Source of the DNA: Squalus acanthias
Lineage: Eukaryota
Length of the DNA: 64,000 bases
Assembly (NCBI GenBank): GCA_030390025.1
Contig: CM059432.1
Coordinates: 16,866,001-16,930,000, forward strand
Direction: 5' to 3'
The translations under genes were made by a program, and so were the position numbers. This document shows, one piece after another, positions 1-10,814 of the stretch (positions within the stretch are counted from its first letter, which is position 1; every line of letters begins with the position of its first letter). The notes under the pieces were generated by a model. It saw only the letters and a list, made by a program, of their open reading frames with translations. It searched no databases and was not told where the DNA came from.

Positions 1-543
1 GAATGTAGGCCCAATCTACTCAATCTCTCCTCAGAGGACAACCCTCTCATCCCAGGGATCAACCTAGTGAACTTTTGTTGCACTGCCTCGAAGGCATGTA
101 TGTCCTTTCTCAGATAAGGAGACCAAAACTGTGCCCAGTACTGTAGATGTGGTCTCACCAAAGCCCTGTACAATTGCAGTATACTTCCTTACTCTTGCAC
201 TCCAACCCCCTTGCAATAAAAGCCAATATGCCATTTGCCTTCCTAATTGCTTGCTGTACCTGTATGCTAACTTTCTGGTTTCCTGTAGGAGGACACCTAA
301 ATCTCTCTGAACACCAACGTTTAATAGTTTCTCACCATTTAAAAAAATTCTGTTTTTCTATTCTTGCTACCAAAGTGAATAACCTCACATTTCCCCACAT
401 TATACTCCATCTGCCACCTTAATGCCCACTCACTTAAACTGTCTAAATCCCTTTGCAGGCTCTGGGTCCTCCTCACAACTTACTTTCCCACCTAACTTTG
501 TATCATCAGCAAACTTGGATACATTGCACTTGGTCCCTTCATC
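1..543 (-). mobile_element. CR1 LINE fragment (ORF2 RT C-terminal region), decayed
   Basis: Minus strand encodes CR1-type segments (reverse of AIKANMPFAFLIACCTCM = ..VQQAIRKANGILAFIARG..). Homologous to the + copy at 56742-57590. Confidence 0.85.
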
Positions 544-548
544 TACTA

Positions 549-908
549 CAGGAAACTCTCTTTTAACCGGCAGCCAAATAACCGGAAATCTCTCTTAACC
601 GGCAAAATTCTTGAGTAGGTAACCGGGGTTTTCCTTCATCTCTCCTTTAAAAATAACTTTTTAAAAACCGAGGCGTTTGCCTTGTATCGGAGCATATAGA
701 TTGGGAGGGGAATGTGCAGCCCGGGTAGGCAGCGGACACGACAGATGGTCAGCTGGCGGTCCCCGGGGAGACGGAGCTCCGAATGCAGGCGCATGTCAGT
801 GTGTACGGGACTCTCGTACGTTGGGAGATATAGCTCTCTGTTATCCGGACTTTTTGATAAACCGGCACCACGCCGGTCCGTCGGTGCCGGTTAATAAAGA
901 GTTTCCTG
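549..908. mobile_element. Tc1/mariner superfamily (pogo/Tigger-like) non-autonomous MITE, 360 bp
   Basis: Left end TA|CAGGAAACTCTCTTTTAACCGGCA and right end TGCCGGTTAATAAAGAGTTTCCTG|TA form 24-bp TIRs with 2 mismatches. TA duplication at 547-548 and 909-910. Confidence 0.85.
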
Positions 909-910
909 TA

Positions 911-1215
911 TTTCCGCTGGTTGGGGAGTCTAGGACTAGGGGACATAGCCGGAGAATTAGAGCCAGTCCTTTCAGGAGTGAAGTTAGGAAACACTTGTAC
1001 ATGCAAAGGGTGGTCGAAGTTTGGAACGCTCTTCTAAACGGCAGTTGATGCTGGGCCAATTGTTAATTTAAGACTGATAGATTTCTGTTAACCGAAGATA
1101 TTAAGGAATATGGAATAAAGGCGGGTACATGGAATTAGGTCACAGATCAGCCATGATCTCACTGAATGACGGAACAGGCTCAAGGGACTAAATGGTCTAC
1201 TCCTATTCCTATGTT
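911..1215 (+). mobile_element. CR1 LINE 3' end
   Basis: Encodes FPLVGESRTRGHS..EVRKH..QRVVEVWNAL, followed by the CR1 3'UTR GATCAGCCATGATCTC..AAATGGTCTACTCCTATTCCTATG. Confidence 0.85.
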
Positions 1216-3402
1216 AAGATTTCTGATCATCTTCAATAATTGATGTTTGCATTTTATCAAGTAGGATTGAGGAAGGAAATTCTATGGGAACACTATGTTC
1301 TCAATATTCTACCTCTTTAAAGAAAATAAGATACACGCCTGAAATTTCTATATGTTTTGGTAAAAATATCAATTTTTTCATTACTATGGAAACGCTCAAG
1401 TTGGGTCATTTTCTCAGCTAGACCAGTCTGCTGACATCACTGCCGAGGAGCATTTCAAAATGGTTCCATACTAAACAACTGGGTCACAATTCCTACTTCG
1501 GTAAAAATCATGTTAATGCTATATGACTCTATATATTTATTATTCTTACTTGCTCCAGAAGTACCACTGTGACCTCTCTGTCAGTCTGTTGCAACAAATA
1601 CAGCTAAGACATAGCATTTCCTCCAAATAATCATGAGCAAGTAGATTACCCACTTTCTCTGCACACTCTTGTACTATCTCTCTCGTCTCAAATTATTTAC
1701 CAGGACTCACTTGTCTTGTAGCCTGATGCCACATGACAATTAATACCTAAAAACAATGAAAAGCAGTGACGTTTTTGTGAAAGTTTTTCGAATCAATTGC
1801 AAAAAAATTGTTCAGCAGCATTTTGAAGTTAATGTCATCTATAATGAAATGAGATGCAATAGAACTGAAATTTGTGCCAAGTTAATTTATTATATAAAGT
1901 ACTGCTAAATTTTGTGTCTCCAATTATATTATCTTGTCATTTTAATTCAGTGTGTCTTTTTCTCTATGCTGTTTTATTTGTAATAATGATTTTGTCTTTG
2001 AATTTCATTTTCTTCCTTTTCCAAATCCTTTGATAAAGTTGCACAGTTGATAGCGCTCCACATTGTGTAATGATCCCGATTTGCAAGACTGCCCCTTGGC
2101 ACAGTTGACACCAGGAATTGGGATAAAATTCTAGCATATGGTCTGAGGAGCCTGCAGCAGTAGGAATGGCTGTTACCTGTACGGCATTTTGGCTGTGTCC
2201 AAAAACAGCCAGAAGGCCTACAGCCCCAAGATCCCTTTGCTGTTTTTGCAAAAAAAGACATTTAACTTCTTAAGCTCTCCACGTCTTTGCTGCTTGCCAT
2301 TCTCAGATCCTCCAATGAACAAGGGGTGGGAGCCAAAGCTCAACACCAATTTCTTCGGGCCACCCCTCGAATTAGGTGCCCCCTCCCCCACCCTACATAG
2401 ATGGAGGAAATTGAGGTGGGCAGTGTCATAACATCAATCCCACCTCATTACCATCTGATTTGAATGTTTATGCCTGCTGTAGGCACAAGCCTACAGTTGT
2501 TTCTGGGATCCTGAGGAAATCCCCATGCATGAAACAATAAAAAAAATCAACCCTCCTATGTATTAGGGCTGGATTTTAAGGGATACCATCAAGCCAATAC
2601 TAGGTGCAAACACACAATTTCTGTTACAACTCTTCTTAGATTTGTGCATTGTTTACAAACATTCCTAAGATTAGACTTACATAATACATGTTTACTCCTA
2701 GTAGGGAATCAGACTGCCGCTTGAATGTGCGCATGCACACAACTGAAGTGCTTTACCAATTCAGTTAACTACCAATGGAGCTTAGAAATATATTGCTGTT
2801 AAGTAGATCCTGGTAAGTTCAGTGTGTTTAACTACTATTCAGGCTTAAGGTCAGAAGGCTGGCTTGTTCTGCCTTTAAAAGAAATGTAATTGGTAAAGTC
2901 AGACATTCAGGCTTAGTATTTCCTTTTCATGGAGTTTCTCTATACATTCCAAATAATTGCTTAATTAGTCTCTCCCAACATGCTCCATGCATGACAGAGA
3001 CATTAAACTGTGACAGAGAAGTGTGACAGACAAGCGTGACAGACAGAAAATCCATGCCAGGTGTAGTTTTTTTTTATAGAAAACAATATACAAGTCTAAG
3101 TTCAAGGCTGTGAAATTTTCAAAAGCTCTGGACAGTAATAAAAAAAGAGTGGGTGTTATCCCTGACAAACAGTACCAATATACTGAGAAGTGTCATTAAA
3201 CTATTGCATTCAATTTAGTGCTGTGCCAATGTGCTTCATGAGTGATGGTCTTAATTAATCACTTCAAACTGCTTCCACTATTACCACCAACAGTACTTTA
3301 TCCATGTGTTAAATAGCACACGCATCAAGAAGCTTTACTGAAATCCCTGTAACGACACGGAATCTAAAAATTGTATCCAAAGATAAAATAATGCACACTC
3401 AC

Positions 3403-3429
3403 CTGTCGGATGATATGTACTGGAAAGGT
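3403..3429 (-). CDS. Candidate 27-nt internal microexon of an unidentified host gene
   Basis: Minus strand reads tttcatgttttctttcttgcag|ACCTTTCCAGTACATATCATCCGACAG|gtgagtgt. Near-consensus acceptor and donor, length divisible by 3, no stop in any frame (TFPVHIIRQ / PFQYISSD / LSSTYHPT), lies in unique sequence. Coding status is inferred. Confidence 0.65.
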
Positions 3430-3524
3430 CTGCAAGAAAGAAAACATGAAATGTATAACTTTTATCACGTGTGTTTTATATTGGTGCTCTGCAGCATTGT
3501 AGGGCTTCTTTCTAACACACTAAA

Positions 3525-3803
3525 AGTCCAAAAATGTGCAGGTTAGGTTGATTTGGCTATGATAAATTGACCCTTAGTGTTAGGGGGGGATTAAATATGT
3601 GGGGTTATGGGGATAGGATGGGATATGTTAGGGGGAATTAAATACGTGGGGTTACGGGGGTAGGGTGGGATGTGTGTACTGTGGGGATTAAAGCAGGGAC
3701 AGGGTACTGGATTTGGATGATCAGCCATGATCGTATTGAATGGTGGAGCAGGCTCGATGGGCCGAATGGCCTACTCCTGCTCCTAGATTCTATGTTTCTA
3801 TGT
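3525..3803 (+). mobile_element. HE1-like V-SINE, 3' half with CR1-derived tail
   Basis: AGTCCAAAAATGTGCAGGTTAGGTTGATTTGGCTATGATAAATTGACCCTTAGTG matches the body of the copy at 6884-7193. Ends in a CR1-type tail (GGCCGAATGGCCTACTCCTGCTCCTAGATTCTATGTTTCTATG). Confidence 0.75.
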
Positions 3804-4229
3804 AAACAGGAATTGCATAATTACCAATAACGAATTGAAGGGGAGGTAGTTAGAGTGTGAAATCCTCTTCCACAGCAATTGTTCAAGTTAACTCCATAAT
3901 TCTTTTGATGTGGATTTGAATAGTTGGTTAGAGAGGGGAATACTAAAGACTGTGGGGAGCGAGCAGATGTGGCTCACAAAGAAAAACACTGGAGTGGATC
4001 TGCTGGTTTCTGTGCTCTAATATTCCATTCAAACTATAGAACTAATGTTCAGTCACACACCTGCATATTCCATTTCCAAACACTGATAGATTGTAAATAA
4101 TGCTTTTAACCAAAAGTTCTGCAGAAACAAAGACACCACTCAAAATTGAGTCAAGATTTTTGATTTATGTATTGAAGTGATTTTTTAATAAAAATAAAAA
4201 AAATAAAGGAGTAACAAAAAGAAAGGAGC

Positions 4230-4655
4230 ATATGCATTTATATAGCACCTTTCAAGTCCTCATCCCAAAGCACTTCACAGCTCATTTTGAAATGTAGTCA
4301 CCGCTATAACACAGGAAAAGGCAGCAGCCAATTTGCGCATATCAAGGTCCCACAAATTAGATAAATGACTAGATAATCTGTTTTAGTAGCGTTGGTTGAA
4401 GGATAAATACTGGCCAGGATACCGAAAGAACGCTCCTGCTCTTACTCGATTGGAGACACGGGATCTTTTGTGTTTACTCGAGGGGGCAGGTGGGGCCTTG
4501 GTTTAATGTCTCATCCAAAAGGCAGCACTTCCCACAGTGCGGCAACTCCCTTATTATTGCACTGAAGTTGTCAACATAGATTATGTGATCAAGTCTCTTG
4601 AGTCAGAAGGTCATGGGTTGAAGGCCCACTCCAGAGGTGGGTGCACTACCACTGA
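4230..4655 (-). mobile_element. SacSINE1-like Deu-domain tRNA SINE
   Basis: Deu-domain text (TTGGTTGAAGGATAAATACTGGCCAGGA, GGTTTAATGTCTCATCCAAAAGGCAGCAC) and L2-like tail TGCATTTATATAGCACCTTTCA. Shared with copies at 16980, 21865, 48415 and 55660. Confidence 0.8.
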
Positions 4656-4799
4656 TGTAAAGAGAGGGTTAATCAGAGGAACAGCAGAAGTCTCCGACTG
4701 ACTTGGAGTAATTGAAAACTGTAGTGATATTAACTTTTAACCATCATTTGGTAATTGGGTAAGTATGATTCTTAAATTGTAATGTCTTATAATAGTACA

Positions 4800-5186
4800 G
4801 AAACATTATTTCAGTGAGCGAGTGAATAAGAAGAAACAGGCTCCCTAGGGAGATGGTGGAAGCGATTAGTATTAATTCATTCAAATGCAAATTAGATAGA
4901 TTCCTTTAAGAAAATATTATTTTGGGATACATTATATGAGTAATTTAAGACATGGCATATAGTAAAAGTGACATGCTTGGGAGGAGGAACAGGTGACTTT
5001 GGACCCCCATTACTGGAGTTTTCCTTGCCTCATGTCTGGGTCTGTTGGGAGACTAATTGATAGAGATTGATTGCTAAGATTAGTCAACAACTCCAGTATC
5101 AATGTATCATACGACTACTAGGACGGTCGATGACAAACTAGATGCACCGTGGTCTTTTTTCATCTTTCAATTCTTATATTCCTATG
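4800..5186 (+). mobile_element. CR1 LINE 3' end (old subfamily, long 3'UTR)
   Basis: GAAACATTATTTCAGTGAGCGAGTG..AAATTAGATAGATTCCT, ending TTCTTATATTCCTATGT. Confidence 0.6.
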
Positions 5187-5281
5187 TACAGTAACACAGC
5201 AATTCTAAGATGGTGACCACTGAACTTTTGAACTGAGAACTGACCCTTGCAGCATCGACAGTTAAGTTAATTAGAGAGTTG

Positions 5282-5903
5282 CCAGTCCCACGTTTGAGAG
5301 AACTGTAGCACTGAGATAATTGCAAGAACAGAACATCTGCATAAAACATTATTTTATTTTTTAAATTGACTTTTAAAACCCAGGTAGTGGCATCCTGAAA
5401 TGGTACAGAATCCAAGACACACCTATAATTGTAAGTTTCACTTGGCAGAATATCAATTGTAGATAACAAGAGAAATGTGCGACTCGATAACAAAATAGGC
5501 AGTTTATACTGATCTGTTGAACTCAATGTAAAAACAGCTCATTCGTGAGGAAATCAGCTTATAAACTTAGTTATTGATAAGGTATTGGTTCTTATTAGTG
5601 TCTTCTTACATGGAGTTGTTTCTAACTTTGTCACATAATAAGGGTAAGAGAATAGTATAAAAAGTGGTGAAATGTAATGAGAATTCGGATTCGAAGGTTC
5701 AATCAATCTGAATACTGAGCTCAGAACACGTTGAATCCCACAATCATCAGGTATGATTGTAAGCACATGTTTGTATATGCTCAGGTACTATTGCATGTAC
5801 TATATAGTTCATAAACATATGAACGCTTGACCTATACATTCCAGTCCCACATTTGAGAGTTCTGTTGCACTGAGATAATTGCAAGAACAGAACATCTGCG
5901 TAA
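5282..5903. repeat. 63-bp direct repeat pair (5282-5344 and 5841-5903) flanking a ~496-bp insert
   Basis: CCAGTCCCACGTTTGAGAGAACTGTAGCACTGAGATAATTGCAAGAACAGAACATCTGCATAA versus CCAGTCCCACATTTGAGAGTTCTGTTGCACTGAGATAATTGCAAGAACAGAACATCTGCGTAA. Confidence 0.9.
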
Positions 5904-6883
5904 TTATCCTCACACTGATCCACTTGGACATAGAAAACGTCTTCTACTCAACTTTGAGTAAAACTTTTTTCTCCACCAAAATGCAACTTCAAGAAAATTA
6001 GTTAACCAATAAGGCAAAAAACTAACAAATTAACCAGATCCCACATCTTCAGAATTTTTATTGATGTGGTATGAATCTCGAAAATCTATGCACCAATTTC
6101 ACACAAGGAGATAAACAGTTAAAACCAAGTAGAAGGAAAAACAGCAAGGCGGTGGTGGTAAAAGTATGGTTAAAGAAAAGGAGTCTGCATTATTTCAGCT
6201 CAGCTTGCAGTCAAGAAATCAGTTAGAATTCATTTTCTTTCAGGTCATTTTGCCGTTTATACCACTTTGGACCACTATACACTAATACAATGCAAAGTTT
6301 TCCATTAATCTTTCTTTTTCTTTCAGTTTTTGTGACGTGCCAGATGGACTGCATTCTTTTCCAGTCCTGTACTCCCTCATGGTTTCCGCGTTCCACAACA
6401 CTTTCATCACATGGATGAGGCCATTTTCAAACTTAAACGGTAGCAGTTAGACAAAAACAGGAAGTGCAATTTTGCACAATGTCCAATAAAAATGCCAATA
6501 GTTAGAAGACTCCAAGCAGCAAATTAATCCCCTTTTATGATTTCAGCCACATCAGGCCTACTCTCTGGAATTGCCTAAAAAACCTTTAGTCTCTACTTCT
6601 CTTCTTCCCCCCTTAAAAGCCATCTCTTCCGACAAGTCTTCGATCAACTCACTCCCACACAAAGGGTTCGTACTCTGTCTTCTCTTCCTCTTTAAAACGC
6701 CTTGGGATATTTTTCTACCTTATAAAATGGGGTATAAAAATGAAAGTAGTTACCAAGTAGGTTGGCAACTCATCCAGCATAGGTTAAAAATGCTTCCCCA
6801 CTAACCTAGTGGGTAGAGGCACAACTCACTGTAACACTAAGCCACACCAGAAGGTTACAAGTTCAATTCGCACTCTATACTAT

Positions 6884-7193
6884 CACAGAATCCCCACAGT
6901 GCAGATAGAGGCCATTTCGGCCCATCGAGCCTGCACCGACACATATCCCACCCTATCCCCGTAACCCCATGTATTTAATCCCCCTAACACTAAGGGTCAA
7001 TTTATCATAGCCAAATCAACCTAACCCGCACATCTTTGGACTGTGGGAGGAAACCGGAGCACCCGGAGGAAACCCACGCAGACACGGGGAGAATGTGCAA
7101 ACTCCACACAGACAGTCACCCGAGGCCGGATTCAAACCCGGGTCCCTGGCGCTGTGAGGCAACAGTGCTAACCACTATGCCACCGTGTTGCCA
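6884..7193 (-). mobile_element. HE1-like V-SINE, full length
   Basis: Minus strand has a tRNA head GGTGGCATAGTGGTTAGCACTGTTGCCTCACAGCGCCAGGGACCCGGGTTTGAATCC, the V-domain GTGTGGAGTTTGCACATTCTCCCCGTG..GGTTTCCTCCGGGTGCTCCGGTTTCCTCCCAC, and a CR1-like tail. Confidence 0.9.
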
Positions 7194-7269
7194 CTGTTAG
7201 CCGAGTTGAGCCATGTCAGCAGTTGGTGTGCTACAATTAGCATCAGTAGCCCTAGCATTATACAATTTT

Positions 7270-7515
7270 ATAGCACATTAGGTCATTCAGCCATTTCCCC
7301 CTTCTCCGAAAGCCCTTCCCCATAATCTTGTAATTTGTTTCCTTTTCAAATATTTATCCACTTACCTTTTAAAAGTTATCATGGATTCTGCTTCTAGCAC
7401 TATTTCTGGTACAGCATTTTATGTCCGAATAACCCTCTGCATAAAAACAATGTTCTTTATCTCTTCCTTCAGTCTTTTGGTAATGATCTTAAATATATGC
7501 CCTCTGGTGGAAATA
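7270..7515 (-). mobile_element. CR1 LINE 3' fragment
   Basis: Similar to the CR1 3' ends at 14036-14385 and 57591-57900 (GATTCTGCTTC..AGCATTTTATGTCCGAATAACCCTCTGC). Confidence 0.6.
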
Positions 7516-8459
7516 GCTTTTCCCGATTCATCTTGCCTAACCTCTATTCTAAGAAAAAGGGGGAAAAGGGCTAAAAATCAGCCCGCGCTCCTGCTCTTAA
7601 ATGCTACCCAGTGATTCTTGCTGGAAAATATACGTTGGTGGATATCAGGCATAAACAGGATCAGGCTGGGATGTGATGCCTTCACTTATGAAATAGCCAA
7701 CCATTAGTCAGGTCTCACAACAATCACTAAACCAGGTGCGAGTAATTGCAGATAAGTCCCAATCGAGAATCAATGCCTTCACAAAAGGAGGAAGGAAAAG
7801 CAAGTAAATTGCGTGAAAACAATAGTCAGTTGCAGGAACCTACTCATTAAATTTGGAAGTATTTTAATAAATAGTTGGCCATAAAATCATATGAGCAATT
7901 CTGCAATCATCACCAACAGTTAAATGGAAAGTAAAGTCTGGGGAAGGTGTGCAAATTTCTTGTCATTTTTAAAGAAAATCTAATGAATGTAAAACCATCA
8001 TTTTTTCCCCCACTGTTATAGAGCCACATTTCCCTTCCTTCTGGGTGTTCCAGTGATGGCAATGGTGAGTGCATCGCCGCAGTATACTACTGTGGTTGCT
8101 AGTTAGTCAGACAGCCACCCTGGAGAATTTGCAATAGGCTGGAGTTACAGACTTTCAGGCCAGTAAAAGCTAAGTTTCTATTAAAAGGTCAAAAAATAAT
8201 CTTTATATTTTCTTCTTTAAAATGGAGCAAATACTTTAAACAGGAAGTCCTTCTTCCGTCCTTTGTTTCCCCTTTAACTAGTGATAATATGGGTAGAATT
8301 GCTAATATCTTGTTTGCTACCAACTATTTACTAACTTAAAAATAGTTCCAAATTTTCAGATCGGCACGTGACCCTGCAAGTATCTTTTTTCCAGCCAACT
8401 GTCTCCACTTTCCACCCTCTGGCATTTGGAAGGTGCAGGCTTGCGATGGCATTGTTTCA

Positions 8460-9020
8460 TACTGGGTTCAGATCCTCATCTATGCCTTTGTTGCCCCCAA
8501 CGCACTCCTGGCCAGCCTCCCACTTTCTAACCTCCATAAACTTGAGGTCATCCAAAACTCTGCTGCCTGTGTCTTAACTTGCAACAAGTCCCGTTCATCC
8601 ATCACCCCTGTTGTCGCTGACCTACATTGCCTTGATTTCACAATTCTCACCCTTGTTTTCAAATCCCTCCATGGTCTCGCCCCTCCCCATCTCTGTAATC
8701 TCCTCCAGCCCCACAACCCCCCCTCTCCACCCCGCAGAGATATCTGCGCTCCTCTAATTCTGGTCTCTTGAGCAGCCCCGACTTTAATCGCTCCACCATT
8801 GGTGGCCGTGCCTTCAGCTGCCAAGGCCCTAAGTTCTGGAATTCCCTCCCTAAACCGCTCCGCCTCTCTATCCTCCTTTAAGACACTCTATAAAACCTAT
8901 CTCTCTGCCCGAATATCTCATGTAACTCGGTCTCAAATTTTATATTATAACGTTCCTGTGAAGCGCCTTGGGACGTTTTACTATATTAAAGGCGTTATAT
9001 AAATACAAGTTGTTGTTGTT
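8460..9020 (+). mobile_element. L2 LINE 3' fragment
   Basis: Encodes LIYAFV..NALLASLP..KLEVIQNSAACVLT..SSITPVVADLH..LVFKSLHGLAPPHL, with the L2 tail GGCGTTATATAAATACAAGTTGTTGTTGTT. Confidence 0.85.
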
Positions 9021-10814
9021 GGTAGTAGTATTCTGAAAAACTGAGATCAAAATGGTCCAACAGATTCTTCATCTGATCTGGTGACAATCACCATCATCAG
9101 CCTCAATTGCAGAAAAATTGCTCACCCTTGTATTCACTGGAAAAATCTTCCGATCAATTTCTTAAAAAGTTTAACTACACAGTACAGAGTTTCCTGGTTA
9201 GGGCTACAATCTCCCTTGTGTTTCCAAGGCTAGGCACCTAGTCTCAGCTCCAAACAATGCCTATTTAGTTGCTCATTGCTTCAAGTGAAGCAGAAGGGAC
9301 TGTTGAGAGCCAAGGTTGTGAAGTAACCTTGTATTTCCTCATTCAGGATTGGAAATGGTCTGGATTTATTTTTTTGGTCAAATACTCAAAAGACAATCTT
9401 GGTACCGCTTTTTTCTGGAAATATTTGAAGTTGATGGTGAAACCCAAACCCCGGGTTAAAAGTAATTAGATAAGAGTTATTTTTCTTTTCCAGATTTAAT
9501 TCTACTTCGCAGGAGACACAATATGGCTTTCTGAATCTTTCGCTGCAAAATCTAGTAAAAATCAAAACTTTTATTTAAATACCACTTTATCTGAATTAAC
9601 AATAAAAAATAGCAACTAGTGAGGTAGAGAAAATTTGGAAGTGTAAAGTGTATATCTGTCTTCTTGATAAATAAGAATACTGCCATCTGGCACAGCTCTC
9701 CGCGCTGTACAAACTAAACTGTCAGTAGTGTCACTGGCAGCAGCTGGCTTGCCTTTTTGCTTCTGAAATGGAAACAAAACACACTTGCCTCATTATTTCT
9801 CTCTGGGTTACCTGTTCAGTTTCATATCCCCTGATACTTGACATTTAAAAGCAAAATTTTGTGACAAAACAGCCTCTGTCCAAAACTCACCTTACGTCTG
9901 AAAAATCTGTTCCCCCATGCTTCTGCCGTCTCTGTACCACACCTAAAGTGATTCAAACTTCTGCTTTGGCCATCTTGAATGCCTGTCATTTTATGAACAT
10001 GGAACTTGGTACCAGATGGCTGAAACATAAAATTTCTGCTCATACTATGGAAATACAAACCGCTCATCAAATGATTTAAAAATTAAACATCATTCCTCAA
10101 CATATTCACAAAGGAAAACAAACTAAACTGCGTAAAAGGGAACAATAGCCAAACAGGATCGAAGAAGCTGCAGACAAAAACGACAATCTGGAGGAAACTC
10201 CAAGCATAACCCATATGCCAATCAGCAAGCAACAGATTTCAGGACTATAAATGTTGCTCTTTGATTGGATCTGTCAAAATGGGTTTATTTTAGAAATGCC
10301 ATCAATAATTCAAGTAGTAATAAATATTACTCCTTGCCTTGTAAAATGTATTACCTGTCTACATTTCAATGGTATTACTAAGTTCTCAAAGTGTTATTTG
10401 TGAAAATTGTCTTCACAATCCTTGTTCTAAAATATAAAACTCAGATCATAGCCTAACATACATGTTGGCTGTATTTGGTTAATTGCTATAGAAAGTTAAC
10501 TCATGACTATCTTAAATAAATGATCCATTCCAAGTAAAGGTGTACAAATAATTAAACCACACATCTCATTTTAAACAGCAGAAAAGGCAAATTAGATTAA
10601 AAATTCCAGATACAACAGTGACATATGCAAAGCCCAGTTTCACTTCAAACTGTAAACTCTCTAATAGATCTTTTTTAGATTAAATTTTAGATGGACCAAC
10701 GTAGTGAATTTTAAATGAAATTAGCTGCTTTCTGAAAGGAATTCTGTTGTGTTTGCATGGGGAGAAGGTAGTTGAAGTAACACAAATATTTTCCAGGAAG
10801 ATATACATGCCTGT

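Larger units (their letters stand above)
6795..7800 (+). mobile_element. Old tRNA-derived SINE split by an HE1-like SINE and a CR1 fragment
   Basis: Degenerate A/B boxes (CTAGTGGGT..AAGTTCAATTC). Body resumes at ~7194-7256 and ~7560-7800. A related minus-strand piece lies at ~51350-51485. Confidence 0.45.

Noticed and set aside
7120..7193. tRNA-like sequence with A and B boxes
   Set aside because: It is the head of an HE1-like SINE and continues into the V-domain, so it is not a tRNA gene.
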